Source: an uncultured bacterium (GTDB lineage: Bacteria; Zhuqueibacterota; QNDG01; DTFT01). From it: a stretch of DNA of 46,278 nucleotides. The translations under genes and the position numbers were made by a program. Below the pieces are notes generated by a model that saw nothing but the letters and a program-made list of their open reading frames with translations, ran no database searches and was not told the origin of the DNA. Below are positions 1 to 9,269 of the stretch, one piece after another (the stretch's first letter is position 1; every line of letters begins with the position of its first letter). Location of the stretch: contig CAVTNR010000007.1 of assembly GCA_963736115.1 (NCBI GenBank), forward strand, positions 1-46,278, read 5' to 3'.

Positions 1-1650
1 TGCGGGAGGCGCACCGGCCACGCAACCTTGGGCATGAGCGGCGCGGGGTTGACGGTCGAGGGACCCCTGGCCGGAGGAAAGGGCTCCTACATGCTCAGCG
101 GCCGGAAGAGTTTTCTTGATCTCATCATCTCGTCCACGGGCATGACGTCCGTTCCGCATTACTACAACCTGCAGGGGAAGGCGGTCCTGGATCTCGACGG
201 AAACGACCAGATACTCGTGAACGGGATATTCGGGGACGACCGGATCCACATCCGGGACGAGGACGATTCCGCATACAACCAGGGCACGGACGACGTCGTC
301 TCGAAGAGCCGCCAGTACGCCGCGGGCGCGACATGGCGGCACCTGTTCTCGGAACGCGGGTACTCGAGGGTGACCCTTTCGCGGACCCTCAACCACTGGG
401 ACCAGACCGCGCGGTATGATGTCTACAAACGGTTCACCAACCTCTCCTCGGAGATCGAGCACGCCCTGCGGGCCGAGGCTGTGTTTCAGCCCTCGGACGG
501 CCTGGAACTGGGTCTCGGCGGCGCGGTGAAATCGATTCCACTGGATCTGGCCGTGACCTGGTCCGCGGACACCCTTTTTGAATGGGACAACCGACGCACG
601 CCTCCGGCGATCATCGGCATCCATGAAACCTATCCCGCATACGACCGGGCGCGTCACGTCACCACGTCGAAAGCCGCGGCTTACGGACAGGTAAAATTCC
701 ATCCGGTCAGCCGAATGTCGGCCCACCTGGGGATACGGGCGGATTATTTCGACTACACCCGGAAACACGCCGTGGATCCGAGGCTCGGATTTTCTTACGC
801 TTTATCGCCGGGTTTCAGCTTCAACCTGGCGTTCGGCCGACATTCCCAGTCACCGGCCTACGTCCAACTGGCCTCCCATCCGGACAACCGGAGCCTGGGG
901 TACAAGGAAACCCGTCAGGCCGTAGCCGGGCTCGAGCGCCTGTTCCGGGACGATATCCGGGGTACGGTCGAGGTCTTCTACAAGGACTACCGAGGCGTCC
1001 CTGTGGATCCCTCCGAGATTACGGAAAATCCATACGATTCCGGCGACGGCCGTCTGGTGGCTCGAGGGAAGGGAAACGCCAGGGGAGTTGAATTCTTCCT
1101 CCAGAAAAAGATGTCCGGACCGTTTCACGCCACCGTGAGCTACTCCTACTCCGTGTCCCGCGGCGTCGACCCGCGCAATGGAGAGGAATTCGACTGGGAT
1201 TTCGACTTCCGGCACGTATTCACCGCGATCGGGGGAGCGCGCTGGGACCTGAGGGAGAAGGGCTGGTACCGGGACCTGAACCGGCAATCCTGGTACAAAT
1301 GGGTCGACTGGCTGTTTCCATTCGCCGACCAGGTCGAGGCGGCCGTGAAGTGGCGTTACCTCGGCGGCCGGCCGCACACCGCTCGGGCCTACAAGCCTGA
1401 ATACAGAACCTGGATCGTGGAGCCCGGTACGCCCCTGAATGCCGAGCGGTACCCGGTCTATCACCGGCTCGACTTCCGGCTCGACCGGCGGTACATGTTC
1501 GACGGATGGAACCTCGTCACCTACATCGACATCATGAATAGTTACGGCCGGGACAATGTCTGGGATTACTCTTACAAAAACGACGGCACGAAACAGAAAA
1601 TTCTTCAGTATGAGGTGTTCCCGGTGGGCGGCATGACCATCGAATTCTGA
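1..1650 (+). CDS. TonB-dependent receptor, C-terminal barrel portion (5' end outside window)
   Basis: Frame open from base 1; amphipathic beta-strands; motifs GxRxDY, PRLGxSY, GxARGVEF, YHRLDFRLD, DIxNxY; C-terminal Phe (MTIEF). Confidence 0.85.
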   Translation, partial: CGRRTGHATLGMSGAGLTVEGPLAGGKGSYMLSGRKSFLDLIISSTGMTSVPHYYNLQGKAVLDLDGNDQILVNGIFGDDRIHIRDEDDSAYNQGTDDVVSKSRQYAAGATWRHLFSERGYSRVTLSRTLNHWDQTARYDVYKRFTNLSSEIEHALRAEAVFQPSDGLELGLGGAVKSIPLDLAVTWSADTLFEWDNRRTPPAIIGIHETYPAYDRARHVTTSKAAAYGQVKFHPVSRMSAHLGIRADYFDYTRKHAVDPRLGFSYALSPGFSFNLAFGRHSQSPAYVQLASHPDNRSLGYKETRQAVAGLERLFRDDIRGTVEVFYKDYRGVPVDPSEITENPYDSGDGRLVARGKGNARGVEFFLQKKMSGPFHATVSYSYSVSRGVDPRNGEEFDWDFDFRHVFTAIGGARWDLREKGWYRDLNRQSWYKWVDWLFPFADQVEAAVKWRYLGGRPHTARAYKPEYRTWIVEPGTPLNAERYPVYHRLDFRLDRRYMFDGWNLVTYIDIMNSYGRDNVWDYSYKNDGTKQKILQYEVFPVGGMTIEF

Positions 1651-1733
1651 GCGTGCCCGCCGGAGGCGGGGAGCCTCATTCTTTAGAAACTCTTGGAAAC
1701 CGTCAAAATGTTGTTAAATTTAAGGAGGTCATC

Positions 1734-2378
1734 ATGAACAAAACAATCGCCGCGCTTCTCGTGTGTTTCGCCGGTCTGTCGGCGGACCCGGCTGGCGCGG
1801 GGTCTTTCATGAAGGAACGATCGGGAATCAGTCTGCGGGGTTCCTATTGGTCCGCGGGCGGCCATGAGACGGTCGTTCAGACAGGAACCTTTTTCTCCGG
1901 CGTGGAACGCGTTGAATTGGGCGGGGGAGGCGGATGGATCACCTTTCTGGCCGGAGTCGGAGAACGGGGCGCCATCGAGTTCTCGTGGGGCGGACTGGGC
2001 AGGGTGAAAACCGTCCGGGAGGGCCTCTTCCGGGAGGAGTCGGCCGTATCCGGCGTCATGCCGATCCTGCTGGCATATCAGTGGGCCGTGTTCCCCGACC
2101 GCTCCATTAGCGCTTTTCAGCCGTATCTTTCCGCGGGCGGCGGACCTTACTTGGCGAGCGACGTCCGCGTCGTTGAGCGCGGCTTCTGGTCGGATGAAGT
2201 GACCGTCAAGAGCCGCCTGCTCCCCGGCGTCTGCGCGGCGGTCGGCGGATATTTCTCCCTCAGCCGGTGGTTCGCCCTGCAGGGGGAGATGCGTTATCAT
2301 CTGGTGAATTTCAACCCGGACCATGAATACACCGGAGTCGAGGTGGGCATGGGAGTGGCTTTTATCTGGAATCGGTAG
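1734..2378 (+). CDS. Small outer-membrane beta-barrel protein (OmpA/OmpW-like, about 8 strands)
   Basis: AAGGAGG RBS at 1722-1728; signal peptide MNKTIAALL; barrel motif QPYLSAGGG; aromatic C-terminus GVAFIWNR. Confidence 0.75.
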   Translation: MNKTIAALLVCFAGLSADPAGAGSFMKERSGISLRGSYWSAGGHETVVQTGTFFSGVERVELGGGGGWITFLAGVGERGAIEFSWGGLGRVKTVREGLFREESAVSGVMPILLAYQWAVFPDRSISAFQPYLSAGGGPYLASDVRVVERGFWSDEVTVKSRLLPGVCAAVGGYFSLSRWFALQGEMRYHLVNFNPDHEYTGVEVGMGVAFIWNR

Positions 2379-2389
2379 GGGTTTCCCGA

Positions 2390-4024
2390 ATGAAAATCGA
2401 AAAGCATTCACGGCTGAAGCGTTCAGGGTCCGGCCCGCGCCTCGGGGCGGCGGCCGCGGTCATGTTTTGCGCCGCGTTCGGCCAGGCCCTTCAGGGCCAG
2501 GGGATCGCCCGGAACACGGGTCTGGGCCTGCGCGGATCATTCTGGAAGATCGGCGACCGGGCCATGGGCGTTCGCGTGAGCGGGCTCGAACTGGGGACAT
2601 CGGTGGACGTCGAGGGCGCGGGCGGGGACATTGTTTTCTTTTCGCGCCTTGCGGACCGCTGGTTTCTGGAGAGCAGCGTGGGAACGGTCAGCCGAGTCTC
2701 TGTCCGGTCCTCAGCTTTTTCCGGGGATGATGTCGATGTTTCCGCCGTGATCCCGATTCTGCTCGGGGTGCGATTTGACCTTCTGAGCGACCGCATCCAC
2801 AGCGCGGTCCAACCTTATCTGGCCGCCGGCACCGGTACCTACTGGGCCAGCAGCACGAGTGTGGACGCGAAGCGGGTGGAGGTGGCCACGGAATCCGACT
2901 TTCAGCCGGGTGGCTATATGGGTCTCGGAAGCCATCTGCTGGCCTGCGACTGGTTCGCGCTTTCCGCGGATACGCGCTATCATTTTGTTGATTTCTCGGC
3001 CGGGAACAACCGCAGCGGTTATCAGTTCAGCCTGGGGTTCGCCTTCATGTGGGGCCAGAAAAAGGAACTGTTCAAGGTCCTCGCCGTGCGGGTGAACGTG
3101 GAGGATATCTATCCGGCGTATTACCGGTTCTACAACCTGGTTCCCATCGCCACGGTCTCGGTCCGGAACACCGCGGGCCATCCCATCGAGGTCAACCTGC
3201 GTTCGTGGATTGACGGCGTCACGGACGGGCCGCGTCAGAGCGGATTCGTCTCGATCCCCCGGGGAGAGACGCGGGACCTCCCGGTCCACCTGATCTTCGG
3301 ACCGACTCTGCTCCGGGCGGAGACGCGGGAGCCCGCGGTGATCCGCCTGGAAATCGAGGCCCGCTCCGGCATTACCTTGACCAAATCGTTCAACGCGCAG
3401 GTGGTCGTGCACGCACGGAACGCCTGGAACGGGGATATCGACAAGCTGCCCGTTTTCGTCACACCCGAGGATCCGGAGGTGCTGGCGTTGGGCCGGTCGG
3501 TCCTGAAAGGCGATACGGCCGGACCCGGCGCTGAATCGGAGCGTCTCCGCCAGGCGCGTCTTCTGTTCGGCGCGTTGGCCGCGAAAGGCATCGTCTACCG
3601 GAGCGATCCCAACATCCCCTTCGACCGGGACGACCGCGTGCAGAACGCAATCGAAACCCTGTCGCTCGGAACCGGGGACTGCGACGATCTCGTGGTGCTC
3701 TTCGCGTCGCTGTTCGAGAGTGCGGGCATCGCCACGGCCTTCGTGGACGTGCGGGATCCCGAAGAGACGGCGGGGCATGTGTACCTGATGTTCGACACCG
3801 GCCTTGCGCCGGACCGGTGGGCCGAGATATCCGAAAACGAGAAGCGGTCCGTGGTCCGGGACGGCGGGTCCGGGCGGAGCACGCTCTGGATCCCGGTCGA
3901 GACCACGCTGATCCAGTCCGGTTTCGAGGCGGCCTGGACCGAAGCCGCCGCCCAGTATGCCGGGGAGGCTGTTCTCCGGGACGGCCTGACCGAAGGCTGG
4001 GTGAAAATCATCGACGTTCCTTGA
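2390..4024 (+). CDS. Beta-barrel fused to an Ig-like domain and a transglutaminase-like cysteine protease domain
   Basis: N-terminal ~220 aa resemble the upstream barrel (LRGSxW, VxPILL, QPYLxAGxGxY, WFAL, RYHxVxF); C-terminus has GDCDD (Cys), GHVY (His), VETT (acidic residue). Confidence 0.75.
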   Translation: MKIEKHSRLKRSGSGPRLGAAAAVMFCAAFGQALQGQGIARNTGLGLRGSFWKIGDRAMGVRVSGLELGTSVDVEGAGGDIVFFSRLADRWFLESSVGTVSRVSVRSSAFSGDDVDVSAVIPILLGVRFDLLSDRIHSAVQPYLAAGTGTYWASSTSVDAKRVEVATESDFQPGGYMGLGSHLLACDWFALSADTRYHFVDFSAGNNRSGYQFSLGFAFMWGQKKELFKVLAVRVNVEDIYPAYYRFYNLVPIATVSVRNTAGHPIEVNLRSWIDGVTDGPRQSGFVSIPRGETRDLPVHLIFGPTLLRAETREPAVIRLEIEARSGITLTKSFNAQVVVHARNAWNGDIDKLPVFVTPEDPEVLALGRSVLKGDTAGPGAESERLRQARLLFGALAAKGIVYRSDPNIPFDRDDRVQNAIETLSLGTGDCDDLVVLFASLFESAGIATAFVDVRDPEETAGHVYLMFDTGLAPDRWAEISENEKRSVVRDGGSGRSTLWIPVETTLIQSGFEAAWTEAAAQYAGEAVLRDGLTEGWVKIIDVP

Positions 4025-4036
4025 CGGAGAACTCCC

Positions 4037-4789
4037 ATGAACAGAATCGTTTTTCTGAGTATCGCCTGTCTGTCGGTTTTTCCGTGCCGGACGGCCGGAT
4101 CCGCGGTGCTCGTCGAAACCATACGCGGCGACGTGCGCGTCCGCCGCGGGCTCGAGGAAAACTGGTCCAAGGCCCGGCCGGGACTGCCGCTCGAGGCGCT
4201 CGATACCGTGCTGTCCGGAGAAGCGTCCGAGACGGTGCTGCGCCTGGAGGACGGAACCCGGTTCACGCTGGGCGGCAACGCCATTCTGGACATCGGCGAC
4301 CTGCGGCGCATCACCGAGCGGCAGATGTTCCTCTTTCTGATGTCGCGCAAGGTGGAAGGCCTGGCCGCTTCGGATTCGGCGCGGCCGATCCGGATCGCCA
4401 ATGTCAGCGTCGTTCGCGGCGCGAAACGGGGGGACCGGACGGGCGCGGATGCCGAAGGTTCGGCCGGAAAAGCGGAATGGGTTCGCGAGAAAAACGGGGC
4501 GGAAGCGCTGAACAACGCCGGCATGACGCCGAACGCCGTGATCCGTCTCTGCAAGATACTGGAACGCTACCCCGGACTGAAGGACGGCGGCGAGATCCAC
4601 GCGATGCTCGGACGGGCGTTCGAGTCCATGAACCAGCCGGGTCGCGCCATGGATGCGTACCGGACGGCGCTGGAGCGGGTCGATTCCCTGCCTGAAGACG
4701 ACCGGCCCGGGGCCGGCGAGCGCAAGGCGCGGATCGAATCCGCGATGGGCCGGCTCAAGAACGGCTCACCCTCATCCAACCACGAATAG
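4037..4789 (+). CDS. Exported FecR-like domain protein with C-terminal TPR-like helices
   Basis: GGAG RBS; signal peptide; FecR-like GDVRV...LxxLDTVLSG...LRLEDGTRFTLGGNA; TPR-like LGRAFESMNQPGRAMDAY. Confidence 0.6.
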   Translation: MNRIVFLSIACLSVFPCRTAGSAVLVETIRGDVRVRRGLEENWSKARPGLPLEALDTVLSGEASETVLRLEDGTRFTLGGNAILDIGDLRRITERQMFLFLMSRKVEGLAASDSARPIRIANVSVVRGAKRGDRTGADAEGSAGKAEWVREKNGAEALNNAGMTPNAVIRLCKILERYPGLKDGGEIHAMLGRAFESMNQPGRAMDAYRTALERVDSLPEDDRPGAGERKARIESAMGRLKNGSPSSNHE

Positions 4790-4799
4790 GAGAACCACC

Positions 4800-5615
4800 A
4801 TGATGTCATATCGAATTTTACGAACCGGTTTCACCGCGGCCTGTCTGGCCGTTCCGGCGTTGATCGGCCTGTCCTGCTGCTGCCTCACCGATCCCTGCGA
4901 CGACTGCCACGGCGGGGACCGCGAGGCCCGCGCCTCCTTCAGGACCTCGGTCTCCGCGGACGGCCTCCTCTCATTTTCGCTCGAGGGCATCAATGGCCGG
5001 ATGGAAATCACGGGAACATCTGACGCCGATTCCGTGGTCGTCTGGGGCGAACGGTCCGTTCGGTCCGATGACGAGCAGGACGCGGCCGAGCAGCTGGCCC
5101 TGCTGCAGGTGGAGGTCGACAGGTCCGCATCGGCCGTCGAAATCCGCACGCGCCAGCCTTCGCGGAACGACGGACGGACGTTCACGGTGGACTACCACGT
5201 GCTGATTCCGGAGAGGCTCCGGGTGTCGGTGACCGGGCTGAACGGCGGGTTTTCGTTGTCGGGGACGGCCGGTCCCGTGGCCGTGAACTGGACCAACGGA
5301 GACGTGCTCTGCGCGTCGGTCCGGGGCGGCTGCGAGGTTTCGCTGGTCAACGGACGCATCGACTGCGACGGCGCCCTTCCCGCTTCGGGCGCGTTCATCC
5401 TCGCCTCGGTGAACGGGAATATTTTTCTGTCGGTGCCGGATACGACATCGGCGTTGATCGACGCGAGGACCACGAACGGGGCAGTGACCGTCAGCGGTCT
5501 GTCCGTGCGCGACCTGAGCTCCTCGCGCACGGCCGTGTCCGGCGTCATCGGTACGGGCCGGGGCACGATACGGCTCACCACGGTGAACGGCAATGTTTCA
5601 CTCGCGGGGGAGTGA
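4800..5615 (+). CDS. DUF4097-type beta-strand repeat lipoprotein
   Basis: AGGAG RBS; lipobox-like GLSC; repeated (T/S)xNGx(I/V) motifs. Confidence 0.75.
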   Translation: MMSYRILRTGFTAACLAVPALIGLSCCCLTDPCDDCHGGDREARASFRTSVSADGLLSFSLEGINGRMEITGTSDADSVVVWGERSVRSDDEQDAAEQLALLQVEVDRSASAVEIRTRQPSRNDGRTFTVDYHVLIPERLRVSVTGLNGGFSLSGTAGPVAVNWTNGDVLCASVRGGCEVSLVNGRIDCDGALPASGAFILASVNGNIFLSVPDTTSALIDARTTNGAVTVSGLSVRDLSSSRTAVSGVIGTGRGTIRLTTVNGNVSLAGE

Positions 5616-5652
5616 GAGAACAGTTCTTGGTTTATTGTTCATGGTTCAACAG

Positions 5653-5686
5653 CCGATGGCCCGGGAACACTATCCCGGGCCATCGG
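5653..5686. terminator. 14-bp perfect hairpin downstream of the envelope operon
   Basis: ccgatggcccggga-acacta-tcccgggccatcgg. Confidence 0.55.
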
Positions 5687-5701
5687 GCGTTACGTGTTTA
5701 T

Positions 5702-5752
5702 AAAAAAAACCCCTCATGCCAAAAGGTTCCTTTGGAATGAGGGGATTTTTTT
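5702..5752. terminator. Bidirectional intrinsic terminator
   Basis: A8-cccctcat...atgagggg-a-T7 between convergent genes. Confidence 0.8.
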
Positions 5753-5779
5753 CACAATGAACGATGGACTTGAAACCTT

Positions 5780-7852
5780 TTACGCCTTCATCCTCGGTAT
5801 CTGGCCGTCAAGGCTTGTTCGGATGAGCTGCAGCATCTGCTCCATCATGAACGGCTTGGGAAGGAACCCCAGAAACCCGTCACGGCCGGGGGCTTCGGGA
5901 TCTGACAGGCCGTAGCCGCTCGTCAGCAGGGCCTTGATGGCCGGCCGGATCTCGCGGACCCGTTTCAGCGTCTCGGAGCCGTCGATCCGCGGCATCACCT
6001 TGTCCACGATCATCAGGTCGATCCGCTCATTCGGGTCGCCCGCCATCCGCACCGCTTCCTCGCCGTTGCCCGCCATCAGCACGCGGTACCCGAACTTTTC
6101 CAGCATCCGCTTGCCCATGCGGCGGATGACCTCTTCGTCGTCCACGAACAAAACGGTTTCACGGCCGCCCGGCAGGCGCGGATCGGACGGGGGAGCCGGC
6201 GCCGGGGCCTCGTCGGCCGCATGCTTCCGGACCGGAAAAACCATTTCGAAGGTCGTGCCCGCGCCCTTGCGGCTGGACGCCGTGATGCCGCCCCGGTGCA
6301 TGCGCACGGCTTCGAGCGTGATGGCGAGCCCGAGTCCGTTTCCGTTCTTGTCTCCCTTGGTCGTGAAATAGGGCTCGAATATCCGCTTCAGTGTCTGCGG
6401 GTCCATGCCGCATCCCGTGTCCGTGATCCGCAGAAGGGCGTATTCCCCGGGTTCCACGCCGAACCGGGACGCCGCCTCTCCGTCCAGAACCGCGTTTTCC
6501 GATTCGAGGGTCAGGCGGCCGCCGCTTGTCATGGCGTCGCGGGCGTTGAGGCAGATGTTCATGATTGCCTGCTGAATCCGCGTCGCGTCCCCCCGGATCT
6601 CCGAGAGGCCGGCGAACGGCGTCCAACGGATTTCGACGCGTTCGTCGAACAGGTTCCGGATGACGCGCAGGGTTTCCCCGACAATATCGTTGACGGAGGC
6701 GGTTTTCGTCGGACGGCACTCGCCGCGCGAATACGCGAGCAGGTGGCCGGCGAGATCCGAGGCCTTGACCGAGGCGGAGACGACGGCCTGCAGATCCTCG
6801 GTTAGGGGATGGTCGGGCTCCAGTTGCGACAGCATCATCGACGCGCAGCCCATGATGCCGGTGATCAGGTTGTTGAAATCGTGCGCGATGTTGTAGGTCA
6901 TCTGGCCGACCGACGCCATCGCCTGGTTCCGGACGATCTGCTCCGCGGCCAGTTTCTTGGACGTGACGTCCGTGAGAATGACCTCGTGACCGAGAACCCG
7001 GCCCTCCGGGTTCCGGACCGCCTGGCTTCCCAGCACGACCGGGACCACGGTTCCGTCGGCCCGCCGCACCTGAAGCTCCATCTGGTCGATGATGTCGCCG
7101 TGCTCGATCAGGTGGCGAAGACGGGGGCCCTCCTCGGCGGGATGGATGACGCCGGTGAAGAAATTCGGCAGAACGGCTTCGTTTCCGCCGGATGACCCGA
7201 TCAGGACCCGGAACGCCCGGTTGACCCGCAAAAGCGTACCGTCCGTGGCCAGCACGAAATACGGAATGTTCGCGCGGCCCAGCAGGTCTTCGATGCGGGA
7301 CGAACGGCGGCCTTCACGCTCCTCGAGCGATTGGTTCTCGAGCCTCAGGCCGATCTGACCGGCCAGCAGAGTGACGATGTGCTGATCGCGCTGACTGAAG
7401 GAGGCCTTCGGAGCGCTGTTCAGCAGGAGGACGCCCAGGATGCCGTTCCGGCCGCGGAGCGGCACCAGCAGAGACGTGCCGCGGCCGGCCGTGCCCGAAC
7501 CGGTCACCCCGTCCTCGCCGAGGAGCGGACGGGGCTTCTCCGCAGTCTCCCACATGTCCCGCCCGGAACCGTTCAGCCATTCCTCCCATTCCCGGACTTC
7601 ACGAAGGCTCAGTCCGACGCTGGCCTGGCAGGTCACCATCTCTCCGCCCGGACCAGCCAGAAGGGCCGCGCTGGTGAATTCCACGAGCGCGTTCATTTTC
7701 TGGAGGACGCGGGACAGGGACGGGGGATTCCCCTCGCTGAAAATCGTGTTGAGCCAGTGCAGTTCAGCGGCGCTGATTACCCGGTCGCCGGCCGCATGAG
7801 CCCTGCGCATATGGGTCACCTGCTCAGCCAGCATTAAATCGGCCATCACCAT
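5780..7852 (-). CDS. Cytoplasmic hybrid sensor histidine kinase (GAF-PAS-HisKA-HATPase-REC)
   Basis: H-box IAHDFNN, N-box NICLNARDAM, DTGCGM, FTTK, GLGL; receiver FVDD...D...KP. Confidence 0.92.
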   Translation of the reverse strand: MVMADLMLAEQVTHMRRAHAAGDRVISAAELHWLNTIFSEGNPPSLSRVLQKMNALVEFTSAALLAGPGGEMVTCQASVGLSLREVREWEEWLNGSGRDMWETAEKPRPLLGEDGVTGSGTAGRGTSLLVPLRGRNGILGVLLLNSAPKASFSQRDQHIVTLLAGQIGLRLENQSLEEREGRRSSRIEDLLGRANIPYFVLATDGTLLRVNRAFRVLIGSSGGNEAVLPNFFTGVIHPAEEGPRLRHLIEHGDIIDQMELQVRRADGTVVPVVLGSQAVRNPEGRVLGHEVILTDVTSKKLAAEQIVRNQAMASVGQMTYNIAHDFNNLITGIMGCASMMLSQLEPDHPLTEDLQAVVSASVKASDLAGHLLAYSRGECRPTKTASVNDIVGETLRVIRNLFDERVEIRWTPFAGLSEIRGDATRIQQAIMNICLNARDAMTSGGRLTLESENAVLDGEAASRFGVEPGEYALLRITDTGCGMDPQTLKRIFEPYFTTKGDKNGNGLGLAITLEAVRMHRGGITASSRKGAGTTFEMVFPVRKHAADEAPAPAPPSDPRLPGGRETVLFVDDEEVIRRMGKRMLEKFGYRVLMAGNGEEAVRMAGDPNERIDLMIVDKVMPRIDGSETLKRVREIRPAIKALLTSGYGLSDPEAPGRDGFLGFLPKPFMMEQMLQLIRTSLDGQIPRMKA

Positions 7853-8128
7853 GTCAGAGGGCTCCTGTCCGGTTGTTTCGATGCATTGTGTAATCCTGTT
7901 TTTCGGGTTTTTTCACGAACCATCCGGTCGTACTGGAGCGGTTCTGCGTAACTCAATGATTTCAAACGGCTTGATTCTGTTATCGTGTGCTTTGTCACAC
8001 TACGCATGCTTTTCATTACGGGTCAAATCGGCAAACAACATGCCTTTTCCGGCTTTTTGTCCGTTTTGTCACAATCTCAGGCGGCGCGTTCCCCCGGGTT
8101 TTATACGGCCGGAACTTGAAATAATTAT

Positions 8129-8156
8129 GGAACCGCGACCGATGTTCAACGTTCAA
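8129..8156 (+). promoter_or_regulatory. Possible ECF-sigma promoter
   Basis: GGAACC-N16-GTTCAA about 40 bp upstream of the ATG at 8199. Confidence 0.3.
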
Positions 8157-8198
8157 ATTATGAATGAACCGGTTTTCTCATTAGTGGGAGAGTCAGCC

Positions 8199-9230
8199 AT
8201 GACCTGGACCAAAAGGTTACTCGCGGCGACGGGGTTATTCCTGTCGATCAGCCTTACGGGATGCTACACCGTCCTTACGGTGCCGCAGGCCGAAGAACCC
8301 GGACCACGGAAGGAGCGGGCCGCCTCGGAGCCTCTGCTGGATCCTGTCAGCGAGGAGACCGGATACGATTCCGATTCGGATCTCGACACCTGGGACCGGG
8401 AAGACGAATCGGACCAGGACGTGTCCGTCAACCGCTTCTACATATACGACAGCTGGCCCGGCCACTGGTATTACGATCCGTTCTGGGACTCCCCGTTCGC
8501 CTGGAGCTATTCGACCTGGTGGTGGGGCTCCATGTACAACCCCTGGTATACTCCGTGGCCGTATTACGCCGGCTGGGGTTGGCGGAACACCTATTACCCG
8601 TTCTATCACGGGTATTCCCCGTGGCATTATCCGGGATACTACGATCCCTACTGGGTCTACGCGGATCATGACTGGAACAATCACAAAGGCGGTGATCCGA
8701 ACCAGCGTCGTCCCTTCAACCGGCGTGAGTTCGTGCACACGCGCGACGCCGGCATGGTCGGTGGAATCGCCACTCCGGCTTCGACACGGTCGTCGGCAAC
8801 CGGCATCGGCAAGGCGGAATCGTCCGCCATGGTTTCGGGCACGAGGCGCGTTCAGCGGTCCGGGGACACCGGGGCAGCGAAATCCTCGGCTGGAACCGCG
8901 CCCTCTTCCACATCGCGCCGGGTCAAACGGCAGGAGAGCGGATCCTCGGGCGGAAGCGGCTCGGTTCAGCGTACCGGCCGGAGCGCTCCGGCCGGAAAGT
9001 CCAAGCCGAGCGGCGGATCATCCGGTTCCGGCCGGAGAGAGCGTAAGGATTCCTCCAATTCCGGGAATGTGTCGCCTTCGAGTTCCGGATCCTCGGGTTC
9101 GAGCGGATCGAGCGGATCGAGTGGATCCGGAAGTTCGGGCGGATCGAGCCGGTCCGGAGGATCCAGCGGCTCCAGCTCTTCCGGCTCCGGTTCTTCCGGA
9201 TCCGGAGGCGGACGCCCCTCGCGTCGCTGA
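8199..9230 (+). CDS. Lipoprotein with Trp/Tyr/Pro-rich core and Ser/Gly-rich disordered tail
   Basis: GGGAG RBS; MTWTKRLL...LTGC lipobox; low-complexity segments; start refined from the ORF at 7851. Confidence 0.75.
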   Translation: MTWTKRLLAATGLFLSISLTGCYTVLTVPQAEEPGPRKERAASEPLLDPVSEETGYDSDSDLDTWDREDESDQDVSVNRFYIYDSWPGHWYYDPFWDSPFAWSYSTWWWGSMYNPWYTPWPYYAGWGWRNTYYPFYHGYSPWHYPGYYDPYWVYADHDWNNHKGGDPNQRRPFNRREFVHTRDAGMVGGIATPASTRSSATGIGKAESSAMVSGTRRVQRSGDTGAAKSSAGTAPSSTSRRVKRQESGSSGGSGSVQRTGRSAPAGKSKPSGGSSGSGRRERKDSSNSGNVSPSSSGSSGSSGSSGSSGSGSSGGSSRSGGSSGSSSSGSGSSGSGGGRPSRR

Positions 9231-9269
9231 ACAGTTGCCCGGCACCCACGGCCAAACACGGAGGATTGC

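Noticed and set aside
2711-4600. Long antisense ORFs (also 11753-12979, 27369-28715, 28783-29970, 32909-34123, 36314-37963, 39023-40276)
   Set aside because: They shadow well-supported genes, have no recognisable motifs, and are expected from high-GC codon bias
7851-8198. N-terminal extension of ORF 7851-9230
   Set aside because: Covers the divergent promoter region; RBS and lipoprotein signal point to ATG 8199
9040-9210. Short imperfect tandem repeats (gagcggatc and similar)
   Set aside because: They encode the Ser/Gly-rich protein tail and are not an independent DNA element
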